This document shows, in pieces, positions 36,863 through 46,420 of a DNA stretch of 47,416 bases. The stretch's first letter is position 1. Each line of letters starts with the position of its first letter. The DNA is from an uncultured Thermoplasmata archaeon (GTDB lineage Archaea > Thermoplasmatota > DTKX01 > DATEUP01): the NCBI GenBank assembly GCA_965541515.1, contig CBEUCC010000003.1:1-47416 (forward strand), in the 5' to 3' direction. The translations under genes were made by a program, and so were the position numbers. The notes under the pieces are model-generated. The model worked only from the letters and a program-made list of their open reading frames with translations, was not told where the DNA came from and did not search any database.

Positions 36863-39800
36863 GGCCGAGCCCCACACCCGCTGCGCCAAGCGCGACCGCG
36901 GCCGCCGCCATCGCCGGCGCGGACGTCTCCCACCCGGCCGACGGGCCGGCCGGCGCGGCCCCGGGGTCGCTGACCACCAGTGTGACCGTCCGGTTGGATT
37001 CGTCAATCCCGTCCGACGCGTAGACGACGATGAAATAGGTCCCCGGCGCGAGTGCCTGCGTTGCGGGGGCGCTCAAGTTGAGCCGGCCTTGCGCGTCCAC
37101 GCGCAGGCTGCCAGTTGCGCCCGAGAACAGGACAGGGTCGCCGTCGGGGTCACGCGCAAGCAGCGTGTACGACAGCGCCTCGCCGCGCGTCACGGCCACC
37201 GGCCCCATGTCAATGACTTCCGGGGGTGCGTTCGCGGGCCGCACGACAAGCGTCGTGTCGCGCTGGACAGTCTCGGACCCGTCGGAGACCGTGAACGAGA
37301 GCGTATGGGTGCCCACAAGCGCCACGCCGGGTGTGACCGTCACGACCCCCGTCGTCCGGTTGACCCTGGCCGTCGTGGTCTGCGTTGCAAAGATTAGCGC
37401 GTCGCCGTCAGGGTCGGTCGCGGTCAGCGGGTACGTGAACGTCTCCCCCACGCGCACCTCGAAGACGGGCAGCGGGTCGAACACGGGCGCGTCGTTCACC
37501 GCGACGACCCGGAACACGGTTGCGCCTTGCGCCTCGAGGCGGCCGTCCGAGACGACGAGCGTAATCGTACCCGTGCCTGCGAACCCGGGAGCCGGCATCC
37601 CGTAAAGCACCGACCCCTCCACCCACACCTGGAGTGACGGCGTGTCGGCCGAGGCGTGGAACTCAAGCGACTCGAACGGCGTGTCCGGGTCAGCGACGAA
37701 CGCGCGCAGGTCCGTGAGGAGCGCCGTCGGGCCTGACCCCTCGACGACCTCTAGGGGCGGCATGGCGTAGACCGACGGCCCTGCCCCCGACCGGACGGCG
37801 CGGGCCACCGCATTGTTCGACTCGTTGAACTCGAGGATGACGTCTTCGAGGTCGAGTGTGATGTCGAGCGTGTAGTTGCCCGCTTGTGGGATTTGCAACT
37901 GGAGCGCGAACGAATCCTGTGCGGTCGAGGCCGGCAGGTTGGCGGCGTGCACCAGCACCCCCCGCTCGTCGGTGAGCGTGTAGCCGATCAGGTAGCCGCG
38001 CGGGACCTGGCCGACGCGGCCGAGCGTCCCCGTCACGCGCAACAGGCCGCCCGGCGACACCTCGGCGGGCGGGTCGTATGTCAGCGCGGCCCCGTCGAGG
38101 AAGAGGTCCACGGAGGCTACGGGGACGAGAATCGACACCTGGTTGTTCAGCTCGTCGAACTCCGCGACCAGACCGTCGCCGTCGACCGTGAGCCGGAGCG
38201 TGTGCACGCCATCACCCGTGGGCGTCCAGTCGAAGGAGAGCGCGGCCGACGCCCCCGGCGAGAGGGCCGGCACCGTCTGGACGCCGCCCACAATTTCCGG
38301 GAAGGAGCCGGGCGCGATGTCCTCGGCGGTGAAGTTCGCAGGGGGCGACGCCTGCTGCCCGAGGTTGTGCACAGTGACCCCGATGGTGACGGTCGTGCCC
38401 GCCCGCAGGGAGGGTGAGGGCATCACCACATCGTCGCGCTCGAGCGAGAGGTCGGGCGGTGCCGGCACGACCGGGATCGTGTCCACGCGCGGCAGGAAGT
38501 TGTGCGCCGTCGCGGTGACCGTGAGCGTCCCCGTGCCGTTGGGTGCAATGACGGCGTCGATGCGCCCTTGCGCGTCCGTCGTGACCACCGTGTACACCCC
38601 CGGCCCCTGGATGGCAACGGTCGCTCCCGCGACCGGCCGCCCGAGGCCGTCGAGGTACGTCGCGCGGAAGTGGTGCTGGGCCGTGTACCCTTCCGGCGGC
38701 AGCGCCGTGTCGAAGGACGCCGCCACATCGGTCCAAATCGGCACCTCCGGGTCCCCGAGGAGGTTGTAGACCGCCTTCTGCGTGCGGTAGTGGCCGGACC
38801 ACTCGTTGCGATAGACGTCCCGGATCTGCTGGTCGTAGTCCCGGATCGTCTGGTAGAGCGCCGGCCCCATCCGGTACGGGTCTTCCCCCTCGAAGAAGTT
38901 GCGCCAGAAGTTCTCCGACTGCCACCAGTTCCCCTCGCGGATGCCCAGCGTGTCGAAGTCGTCCTCGCCGCGCAGCGTCCCGTCGGTCGGCAGCACCATC
39001 GCGACGAACCCCCTGTTGTTCTGCAGGAGGAAGCGCGCGAGGTTCGGGAGCGTCGGGTCGGAAAAGTTCCCCACGAGACAGGAGGAGAAGTACCCCGCCG
39101 AGAGGGTGCCCAGGTTCGTGAAGTCCGTCGCGTTGAGGTAGGTGAGCCCCAGGCCCCAGGAGTACGAGCTCCCGTCGGCGCCCGAGTACTCGGGCACGCC
39201 CCGGCCCGAGGGCACCCATCCGTGGGTAACGGACATCACGACCGAAGCGCCGTTGTTCATCGCCGCCATCATCGAGGTGTTGCTGAGGCGGTCCTGCGCC
39301 TGGGTGTAGTTCCCGCCGACGATCTCGTAGTAGTCCGCCAAGATGTCCAGGTTCATCTGCGCCGGCAGGTAGCCTTGCGTGTTCCACACGCTTCGGATGG
39401 CGTTGTCCTCCCACCATGCATACTCGTACGGGTCGCCGGGGACGTTCACGCGGTTTGGCGGGTCCATCACGGAGGCAAACGCGACCGCCTGGCGCATCCA
39501 CGTGCCGACGAGCGGCGCGCGCTCGTACGAGAGCAGGTTGTCGCGCATGATGGCGGCCTGGCCGATGTCGTTGAACGGGAGGCGGCCGACGATGACGTTG
39601 GCGTCCCAGTCCTCCGTCCCGTAGAACCCGTAGTTGCCGTTTGCGTCGGGCCCCCACGAACTGTCGAGACCCGCGTAGTAGACGTCCGAGAAGACGTAGT
39701 CGTGCGTGTACCAGGTGATGATGCTGCCATTGGTTTGCAGGTAGCGGATCGGGATGATGTCCACGCCGCCGCCAAGGACCACGTACTTCAGCGAGCCGTT

Positions 39801-40151
39801 CGTGGCGTTGAAGTAGACGTCCTGCAGGAAGTGGTGGAGCTTCTCGGCGTCGTCGCGTCCGGTGTACGACTGGTACACGTCGCTGATGAGTGCGACTTCG
39901 GCGGGGAGGCCCTTCTGCGTCTTCCAGTCGGCGATCGACTGCATGGCGGGCGCAAACGGCGAGGCGGTGACGATGAGGTACTGCGTGTCGGCGAACTGCG
40001 TGACGTTGATGAGCGCAAGCGGTTGGGGGCTGGGGGAGGCGCCGGTGGCGTTGCCAGTGACGACCAAACCGGCGGACAAGGATAACATCGCGGCAACGAG
40101 GCACGCAGCGGCGCGTGCACGCAAACGACGCGGCTCCTGCGAGTTGGTCAC
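36828..40151 (-). CDS. Membrane-anchored C25 (gingipain-family) cysteine peptidase with CARDB and cadherin/Ig-like domains
   Basis: Signal peptide, YLIVT...WKTQKG, YVVLGG, SDVYYAGLD, VGRLP, catalytic-type THG and SSCL, YNLLGDP, two CARDB ends (ELNN, ESNN), VNDAP/ATDPDGD repeats, TM and RRRR. Start is GTG 40151 (GAGGAAGG SD) or ATG 40169. Confidence 0.88.
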   Translation of the reverse strand: MTNSQEPRRLRARAAACLVAAMLSLSAGLVVTGNATGASPSPQPLALINVTQFADTQYLIVTASPFAPAMQSIADWKTQKGLPAEVALISDVYQSYTGRDDAEKLHHFLQDVYFNATNGSLKYVVLGGGVDIIPIRYLQTNGSIITWYTHDYVFSDVYYAGLDSSWGPDANGNYGFYGTEDWDANVIVGRLPFNDIGQAAIMRDNLLSYERAPLVGTWMRQAVAFASVMDPPNRVNVPGDPYEYAWWEDNAIRSVWNTQGYLPAQMNLDILADYYEIVGGNYTQAQDRLSNTSMMAAMNNGASVVMSVTHGWVPSGRGVPEYSGADGSSYSWGLGLTYLNATDFTNLGTLSAGYFSSCLVGNFSDPTLPNLARFLLQNNRGFVAMVLPTDGTLRGEDDFDTLGIREGNWWQSENFWRNFFEGEDPYRMGPALYQTIRDYDQQIRDVYRNEWSGHYRTQKAVYNLLGDPEVPIWTDVAASFDTALPPEGYTAQHHFRATYLDGLGRPVAGATVAIQGPGVYTVVTTDAQGRIDAVIAPNGTGTLTVTATAHNFLPRVDTIPVVPAPPDLSLERDDVVMPSPSLRAGTTVTIGVTVHNLGQQASPPANFTAEDIAPGSFPEIVGGVQTVPALSPGASAALSFDWTPTGDGVHTLRLTVDGDGLVAEFDELNNQVSILVPVASVDLFLDGAALTYDPPAEVSPGGLLRVTGTLGRVGQVPRGYLIGYTLTDERGVLVHAANLPASTAQDSFALQLQIPQAGNYTLDITLDLEDVILEFNESNNAVARAVRSGAGPSVYAMPPLEVVEGSGPTALLTDLRAFVADPDTPFESLEFHASADTPSLQVWVEGSVLYGMPAPGFAGTGTITLVVSDGRLEAQGATVFRVVAVNDAPVFDPLPVFEVRVGETFTYPLTATDPDGDALIFATQTTTARVNRTTGVVTVTPGVALVGTHTLSFTVSDGSETVQRDTTLVVRPANAPPEVIDMGPVAVTRGEALSYTLLARDPDGDPVLFSGATGSLRVDAQGRLNLSAPATQALAPGTYFIVVYASDGIDESNRTVTLVVSDPGAAPAGPSAGWETSAPAMAAAAVALGAAGVGLGLTMGRRRRPDA

Positions 40152-40270
40152 GGCGCCTTCCTCGTCCATCCACCCTGGAGAGCCTACTTAAAGGGTATCG
40201 AAGAGCGCCCAAACGTGGGGCCGTTGCTGTCCTCGACACATGGGCCCCGCCCTCGGCGCGCCGCGGCGAA

Positions 40271-41695
40271 CTAGATCGACCGCGGCTTGTCCTCGTCGTC
40301 CTCTTCGTCCGCGTCGGGCTCCTTGTCAGAGGCCGGTTTCTTCCCTCGCTCGCGGGCCGCCGGCCGGAACGCGTCCTCTGACCCCTTGAGCGCGTCGCGG
40401 TCGTCGCCGAAGCCCGCGTGCTCAAGCTCCACCTTCCGGTCAACCTTCGGCGGTTCGACATCCTTGGAGAACCCCCGCCGTTCGTCTGCCCGGTATCGTG
40501 TCTCCGCGCGCTCGGGCTCGTGCCATTGGGGGTCGGCCGTCGACGAGGCGCCCCGCTCGGCCACACCCTGATGCTTCGCCTCCTCTCGCGCGCGCACCTC
40601 TTCGCGGTCCATCTTCGTGCGGTCGCGCTCGTCGGTGGTCTCGGCTCGCAGCTGCGCGAGCTCTGCCTCGAGTCTCTTCACGCGCTCGGCGTCAGCCGAC
40701 GGCGACCGCGAGTTTGCCGCCAGTTCCATCGACGCGTCCTTGCCCGTCGCCGCCCCCGACACCGGTAGGTCCTTCGCCTTGCCCGCGTCCGGTGGCACCT
40801 CCTTTGCGTACACTTTGCGCGCCGCGGCCGGTCCGCCGTAGACCGCGGCTTGCCGCTCCTTCGCGTCGAGCCGGTACACCGAGTCCTGGATCTGGTCCTG
40901 GGGGCCGAGCATCTGCTCGAGCAGGAGCCGCTTGACGTAGTACGGGTTGTGCACGCCGAAGAAGCACTCGTCGGGCGAATCGTAGCCGGGCGTCAGGTCG
41001 GTGAGGTTCTCCTCCGCCCCCGAGTACGGGCGCACGTTGCCGAGCTTGACTATGCGCTGTAGCAGCGTGCGGGAGACCTCGACGTCCTCTACCTTCGAGA
41101 ATCGGATCGTGCGCTCGACCGTGTTGAAGAACTTGTACCGGAAGATGATCCGGAAATTGGTGATGTAGTAGGTGAACGAACGCCGGTAGACGTCGTAGAT
41201 GAACACGACGAGCGCGGCGATCCCGAGCGCGAAGATATAGATCAGCGGCAGGTACTCGTTGTTCGGGTTCCGGATGGTCAGGTAGGCCACGATGATGAGG
41301 GGCATCGCGAGCAGGATCCAGTAGACGACCCGGACGGCCCGCAGGAACGTGCGCGCCGAGACGTTCTGGCGCGAGGTCCTGGGGTTCGACGGGAGCAGGA
41401 ATCCCACGGCCATCGCGCCCAGGAACCAGAAGACGAGCGGCGCCATGGCGCCGTAGGGCCCGAGCCACGTCGCGAGCCACGAGAGGTCGAAGATCTCAAA
41501 GAACGTGACGATGATGAAGAAGGCAGTCCAAGCCATGAGGAGGAACGACGGGGCGTACCAGCGCATGAAGGAGAGCGCGTGCGGGTGGAACTTGGCGATG
41601 ATCTTCTCCCCGGAGGGGAGGTCCTCCTTCTCCGTGATCCGCTGCGGAACGCGTTCCGCGCGGCGCTTGCGTTGCACTTTCGAGCTCTCCGCCAT
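40271..41695 (-). CDS. Membrane protein with a bacterial-type PH (bPH_2) domain and a long charged C-terminal tail
   Basis: About four TM helices, then YYITNFRIIFR...ERTIRFSKVEDVEVSRTLLQRIVKLGNV...FGVHNP. ATTTATA box 25 nt upstream. Confidence 0.8.
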   Translation of the reverse strand: MAESSKVQRKRRAERVPQRITEKEDLPSGEKIIAKFHPHALSFMRWYAPSFLLMAWTAFFIIVTFFEIFDLSWLATWLGPYGAMAPLVFWFLGAMAVGFLLPSNPRTSRQNVSARTFLRAVRVVYWILLAMPLIIVAYLTIRNPNNEYLPLIYIFALGIAALVVFIYDVYRRSFTYYITNFRIIFRYKFFNTVERTIRFSKVEDVEVSRTLLQRIVKLGNVRPYSGAEENLTDLTPGYDSPDECFFGVHNPYYVKRLLLEQMLGPQDQIQDSVYRLDAKERQAAVYGGPAAARKVYAKEVPPDAGKAKDLPVSGAATGKDASMELAANSRSPSADAERVKRLEAELAQLRAETTDERDRTKMDREEVRAREEAKHQGVAERGASSTADPQWHEPERAETRYRADERRGFSKDVEPPKVDRKVELEHAGFGDDRDALKGSEDAFRPAARERGKKPASDKEPDADEEDDEDKPRSI

Positions 41696-41720
41696 CGGCC
41701 CTCAATCGGGGCCGGTCACC

Positions 41721-41787
41721 TATAAATCGCGCGCCCTCACGCGCGCGAAAACGTGGATCTGGCTGGCTCGGGCGCCCGTGTTTTATA
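41721..41787. promoter_or_regulatory. Divergent TATA boxes (ATTTATA on - at 41721-41727; TTTTATA on + at 41781-41787)
   Basis: Each box is 25 nt from its ATG (41695 and 41813). Confidence 0.6.
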
Positions 41788-41812
41788 GGCGCGCGCGGAT
41801 GGCGCGCGCCGC

Positions 41813-42619
41813 ATGCGTGTCGGGATTGTCGGATGCGGGACGATCGGTCGCGCGATCGTTTTGGGACTAGTCGGTTTTGCCCCCGTCGATTCCATCGCGC
41901 TCTTTGACCGGCGAGTCGAGGCCGCCCGGTCGCTCGCCTCTGTCCACCCGGCGGCGCGCACGGTGGACAGCTTGGAGGATCTCGTCAACGCAAGCGACCT
42001 CGTGGTCGAAGCGGCGTCCCAGGAGGCTGCGCGCGCGGCGCTGCCGGCAGCGCTCGCGGCGGGCCGGAGCGTCCTTGTGATGTCCGTTGGCGCGCTGGCC
42101 GACGACACGTTCCTCGAGGCGGCGCTCGCCGCCGCATCGGGAGGTCCCGGCCGCCTGTTCATCCCCTCGGGCGCCCTCGCCGGGCTCGATGCGCTCGCCT
42201 CCGCCGCGCAAGGCGGCCTCGACGAAGTCACCCTCACCACCCGCAAGCCGCCGGCGGCTCTCGAGGGCGCACCGTACCTCGTCGGGAGCGGACGCTCGCT
42301 CGTGGGGCTCCGCGGGGAAACGACCGTCTTTGAAGGCTCCGCGCGAGAGGCCGTCCGCGCCTTCCCAACGAACATCAATGTGGCCGCCGCAGTCTCACTG
42401 GCCGGCGTCGGCTTCGACCGGACGCGCGTCCGCATCGTCGCGGACCCGGCGTCCACCACGAACCGGCACGAGGTCGTCGCGCGCGGCGCGTTCGGGGAGC
42501 TCCAACTGGCCGTCTCCAACCGGCCGTTCCCATCGAACCCCAAGACCAGCCACCTGGCGGCGCTCTCGGCGCTTGCCAGTGTCAAACAGGTGGCACGGGG
42601 CACACACTTCGGGCCCTGA
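41813..42619 (+). CDS. nadX: L-aspartate dehydrogenase
   Basis: GIVGCGTIG Rossmann motif, VVEAASQEA, MSVGALAD, PSGALAGLD, TTRKPP, FPTNINVAAA and NPKTSHLA. Confidence 0.93.
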   Translation: MRVGIVGCGTIGRAIVLGLVGFAPVDSIALFDRRVEAARSLASVHPAARTVDSLEDLVNASDLVVEAASQEAARAALPAALAAGRSVLVMSVGALADDTFLEAALAAASGGPGRLFIPSGALAGLDALASAAQGGLDEVTLTTRKPPAALEGAPYLVGSGRSLVGLRGETTVFEGSAREAVRAFPTNINVAAAVSLAGVGFDRTRVRIVADPASTTNRHEVVARGAFGELQLAVSNRPFPSNPKTSHLAALSALASVKQVARGTHFGP

Positions 42620-42662
42620 CGGCCAGGCGTAGCCAGTGCATCAAAGAAGCGCACCAAGTCCC

Positions 42663-42669
42663 TTAAATA
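42663..42669 (+). promoter_or_regulatory. TATA box TTAAATA
   Basis: Lies 24 nt before GTG 42694. Confidence 0.6.
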
Positions 42670-42693
42670 ACCCGCATCTCGCGGACTAGTGAC

Positions 42694-45600
42694 GTGTTCG
42701 CCTTCCGAGCCCTGCTCCTGGCTCTCCTGCTGTTTTCCTCGGTGCTCGGTGCGGTCCCCGTGTCGGGCGCAGACGGAATCGGGGTCCTGGAGGTCTTCGA
42801 CCTCCCCGTGGGCACCGAGGACCTCCTCGTCGCGCCGCTTGCCGACGGGTCACTGCTCGTGGCGGTAGTCACCGCCGGCGGCACGCAGTTCCTGCTTGTA
42901 CCCGTGGCCGAGGCGGGCCCGGTTCAAACGCTCGCGTCGTTCCCGTTCGTCGCGCGGGCAGAGCCCTCCCCCCTGTCTGTCGCCCGACTCTCGGCCTCGA
43001 CATCGGGGCAGGTCGCCGTCGTGTTCGAGGCCGACGGCGCGGTGCGCGTCGCGGCCCTTGATGCGGCGCGAGGGTCACAGGCCTTCGAGGTCACGATCTC
43101 GGACGCGGCGGAGATTGCCCTCCACCCGACGGTTGCGGTCCACGGCGGCGAAGTGCACGCGGCGTACTACGGCGTGTCGACGGCCGGGGGTCGCGTGTGC
43201 CTGGTGGCGCTAGCGGTGGATACAGGCGTCGAGAACTCCCGTTCGTGCATTGCGGCAGCTGGCACGCCCTTCCCGGCGTTGCTCAGGGATGGCGCCGCCA
43301 CGTACCTCGCGACAACCGGTCCGCACCGGACGTCACTCTACGCGGTCGGTGAGGGAGCGATGACGCCCCTCGGCGATGCGCCCGTCGGCGGCCATGCGGC
43401 CTCCCTTTGGGTCCGCGTCGGGCAACTCCAGGGCGTCGTGTCGAACGGCGCCGTGACGCAGCTTATCGCTGCGCCGCTCGACGACCTGTCGCAGGTCACG
43501 CGCACGATACTCCCCGCGCCTTCGCCCACGGTGTCTGTGTCAGCGACCTCGGCCGACGACGGCCGGCTGGTCGCAGCGGGCTCCACCGCGTCCGGGTCCT
43601 GGGTCATGCGCGAAGGCGGGATCTCACAGTACTCGGTCGCCTCGCGCGATTCCGTCTTGGCCGCATCCGCCGTAACGGACGCCTACGGGCTCGCGCGCGT
43701 CTTGCTCGCCGAGGGCCCCCTGATGGCGCCGACCGTCGGGGCTTTCAGCGTCGGCGACGTCACAGCCGTCCGGGCCTCGATCCAGGGACCCGCCTCCGTC
43801 CTGCCTACAGACTGGGCCTTGCTGCACGTGACCCTCACGGCCGTGCGCACGCCCGTGACGGTCGTCGGCTTGGGCGTGTCCGCCCCTGAAGGGTGGTCGG
43901 CCCAGTCGCCGTCGTTTACCCAATCGCTGGCGGCCGGTGAAGCGGCGTCCTCGGACATCCGCGTTCAACCGCCGGCTGGCGCGGCACCGGGCGACTACGA
44001 GATCCGTGTCACGCCAGCCGTGCTCGGGTCATCGATCCCCCACACCTCCACCTACACGCTCCAGGTTGCCGCGGCCCCTTCGTCGATTTCGGCGGAATAT
44101 AGAGGCTCGGACCTGGCCCTCGAGCCGGGGGAGTCGACGGTCGTTGGCGTACAGGTCACGAACCGGGGGGGCGCCGCAGCCGTCACGGAAGTGCGCACCG
44201 GACTGGCGGCGGCGGGGCTGACCGTGAGCCCGGCATCGTCGAAGATCACCGTCGCATCGGGGGCCACCGAGACCGTATCGTTCGTCGTGACCGCCGGGAC
44301 ATCGGCCCTGCCGGCCGATGCCACGCGCCTCGGCTTCGAGGTCATCCCGCCCGACGGGTCCGGCCCGACGCACCTCGAGGTCGTCGTTTCCGTCATCCCT
44401 GTGTTCCTCCCGGCGCTGGAGGTCGGCCTCGCGGATCTCAGCGCAGCGCCTGGAGGGGGTCTAGCCCTGCCGGCGCGCGTCGTGAACCGCGGGAACACGG
44501 GGGGCCTGGTCACCGTCACGGCCGCGACCCTTGGCGTGCCCGCCTCGGCGCTGACCCAGCCCGACAACCCACTGCTCGTGCCTGCGTTTGGATCCGTGGA
44601 CGCCGGCCTCGTCTTCTCCGTCCCGGTGAGTGCGGTCGCCGACCAGCGCTACTCCGTGTCCGTAGCGGCGACAGACGCTGCCGGCTCGGCCGTCACAGGC
44701 GGTCGCACGCTCTTTGGCACCGTGCTGCCGGTCGTCGGGATCAGCGCCACCTACGAGGCGGGGCCCACCGTCGTCCCCGACGGCGCCTCCTCCGGCACAA
44801 TCACCGTGTCCAACCTCGGGAACCGGCCGGTCACGTTCTCCTTGGGCTTCGAGACCGGGGGCAGCGGCTTCACGGTCTTCCCCGACGGCATGCCCTCGGG
44901 CGGGCTCGTGGTGGATCCGTGGTCGTCCCTCGACGTGCCGCTCACCGTGCGCGCGTCGCGCGACGCCGCCCCGGGCCCATTGGAGCTTGCGGTCACCATC
45001 TCCTCGGACGCCGGCGCGCCGCTCGTGGTTCCGCTCCCGGTCGAGGTCGGGGAGGTGCACGCGTTTGGCATGCGGACACTCACACCCGAAATCACCGTGC
45101 GCGACCCCGCCGTGGAGCGCGTTGCCGTGGAGGTCGCGCTCTCGAGCGGGAGCAACACGCCCGAGCGCGTCGCGCTCGACTTCGGTGGCGTGGCTCCCCC
45201 GCTCCTCGAGGTCCTCCCCGACGGGACGGCCCGCCCGCTCGACGAGGGGGAACTGGTCGTGGTCCCTCCCTTTGAGACCGCCACCGTCCGGGCGCTCGTG
45301 CCCGTGGGGCTCGCTCCCGGGGAGACCACGCGTTCGGTCACGGTCACCGCCGACACGCTGTCGGGGCTCACGGCGTCGCACGCGGTCACCATCGTGAGGC
45401 CACTCGCCGACCCGCGGGTCGTCGACGTGACGGTCCTCGCTCCCCCGCGGGGCGGCGTGCTCCATACGGTCTTCGCTAACATCTCCAACGGCGGGCTCAC
45501 CACGGCAACGGGCCTTAGCGCACGCCTCGTAGTCGACGGCGCCCTGGTCGGCCAAGAGCCGCTCTCGCCACTCTCGCCGGGCATCACGCGCCTCATCTCG

Positions 45601-46344
45601 TTCTCGTTCGTCCCGCGCGCCGAGACGCAGGTCGTGGCTGTCGTCCTCGCCTCCGACCTGCCAGCCTACGACGCCGACCTCACCAACAACGCGGCCTCGC
45701 TCACGTACGCCACCCCGGGGGCCGCCCCCGTCACACCCAGCGGCCCCTTGTCAGGCGACCAGGCGCTGCCCGCCTTCGCCTCCTTATCGATCATCGCGCT
45801 CCTTGGCGTGGCGCTGACGGAGGTCGGAAAGAGCACGTTCTTATCACTCCTGTTCCTCCCGCTTTATGTGAAACTCAAGCCGGGGGAAGTCCTCGACCAG
45901 TACCTCCGTGGCCAGATCCACGGGTATATCATTGCCAACCCGGGCGAGCACTACAACGCCATCAAGGAGCAGCTCGGCGTCACAAACGGTGCGCTTGCAT
46001 ACCACCTGCGCGTGCTCGAGAAAGCTGACTACATCCGCGCGGCGCGCGACGGGATGTACAAGCGTTTCTACCCCGTAGGGGTCAAGATTCCGAAGCGGCG
46101 GCGGCTCTCCACCTTCCAGGAGAGCATCGTCAAGACGGTCCGCGACAAACCCGCGCTCTCGCAGAAGGACCTCGCGGAGCTCCTCGGCGTGTCGAACCAG
46201 GTCATCAACTACCACATCAAGCAGCTCGAAGGGGCGAACATCATCCGCCTCGAGCGCGACGGGCGGTCTTCGCGCGTGTTCCTGGGGCCGGACGCCCCGC
46301 CCGAGGAGAAGCCGGCCGTCGGCGCCGCCCCCGCCTCGCCGTGA
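42694..46344 (+). CDS. Membrane-spanning one-component regulator: ~1000-aa ectodomain (propeller-like, NEW3 and CARDB), TM, tandem cytoplasmic winged-helix domains (COG3398-like)
   Basis: Signal peptide, Ig modules, DADLTNN, TM (FASLSIIALLGVALTEVGK...LFLPLY), wHTH1 VLDQYLRGQIHGYIIANPGEHYNAIK...LAYHLRVLE...KRFYP and wHTH2 LSQKDLAELLGVSNQVINYHIKQLE. Confidence 0.88.
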   Translation: MFAFRALLLALLLFSSVLGAVPVSGADGIGVLEVFDLPVGTEDLLVAPLADGSLLVAVVTAGGTQFLLVPVAEAGPVQTLASFPFVARAEPSPLSVARLSASTSGQVAVVFEADGAVRVAALDAARGSQAFEVTISDAAEIALHPTVAVHGGEVHAAYYGVSTAGGRVCLVALAVDTGVENSRSCIAAAGTPFPALLRDGAATYLATTGPHRTSLYAVGEGAMTPLGDAPVGGHAASLWVRVGQLQGVVSNGAVTQLIAAPLDDLSQVTRTILPAPSPTVSVSATSADDGRLVAAGSTASGSWVMREGGISQYSVASRDSVLAASAVTDAYGLARVLLAEGPLMAPTVGAFSVGDVTAVRASIQGPASVLPTDWALLHVTLTAVRTPVTVVGLGVSAPEGWSAQSPSFTQSLAAGEAASSDIRVQPPAGAAPGDYEIRVTPAVLGSSIPHTSTYTLQVAAAPSSISAEYRGSDLALEPGESTVVGVQVTNRGGAAAVTEVRTGLAAAGLTVSPASSKITVASGATETVSFVVTAGTSALPADATRLGFEVIPPDGSGPTHLEVVVSVIPVFLPALEVGLADLSAAPGGGLALPARVVNRGNTGGLVTVTAATLGVPASALTQPDNPLLVPAFGSVDAGLVFSVPVSAVADQRYSVSVAATDAAGSAVTGGRTLFGTVLPVVGISATYEAGPTVVPDGASSGTITVSNLGNRPVTFSLGFETGGSGFTVFPDGMPSGGLVVDPWSSLDVPLTVRASRDAAPGPLELAVTISSDAGAPLVVPLPVEVGEVHAFGMRTLTPEITVRDPAVERVAVEVALSSGSNTPERVALDFGGVAPPLLEVLPDGTARPLDEGELVVVPPFETATVRALVPVGLAPGETTRSVTVTADTLSGLTASHAVTIVRPLADPRVVDVTVLAPPRGGVLHTVFANISNGGLTTATGLSARLVVDGALVGQEPLSPLSPGITRLISFSFVPRAETQVVAVVLASDLPAYDADLTNNAASLTYATPGAAPVTPSGPLSGDQALPAFASLSIIALLGVALTEVGKSTFLSLLFLPLYVKLKPGEVLDQYLRGQIHGYIIANPGEHYNAIKEQLGVTNGALAYHLRVLEKADYIRAARDGMYKRFYPVGVKIPKRRRLSTFQESIVKTVRDKPALSQKDLAELLGVSNQVINYHIKQLEGANIIRLERDGRSSRVFLGPDAPPEEKPAVGAAPASP

Positions 46345-46420
46345 CCGGCGCGCCGGCAACCATCGTCTTCATTGGCCTCCACAAATGAGATTAGTGCGAG
46401 TGCTCGGTGGGACTTCCACA

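Noticed and set aside
35528-37006. Long antisense or alternate-frame ORFs (e.g. 35528..37006, 38212..40566, 24729..26321, 8385..9635, 19272..20492)
   Set aside because: These are Arg/Gly/Pro/Ala-rich shadow frames of real genes, expected in high-GC DNA, with no recognisable motifs.
41813-42619. nadX without adjacent nadA/nadC as a novel pathway
   Set aside because: Unlinked nadX is not unusual, and the rest of the genome is not visible.
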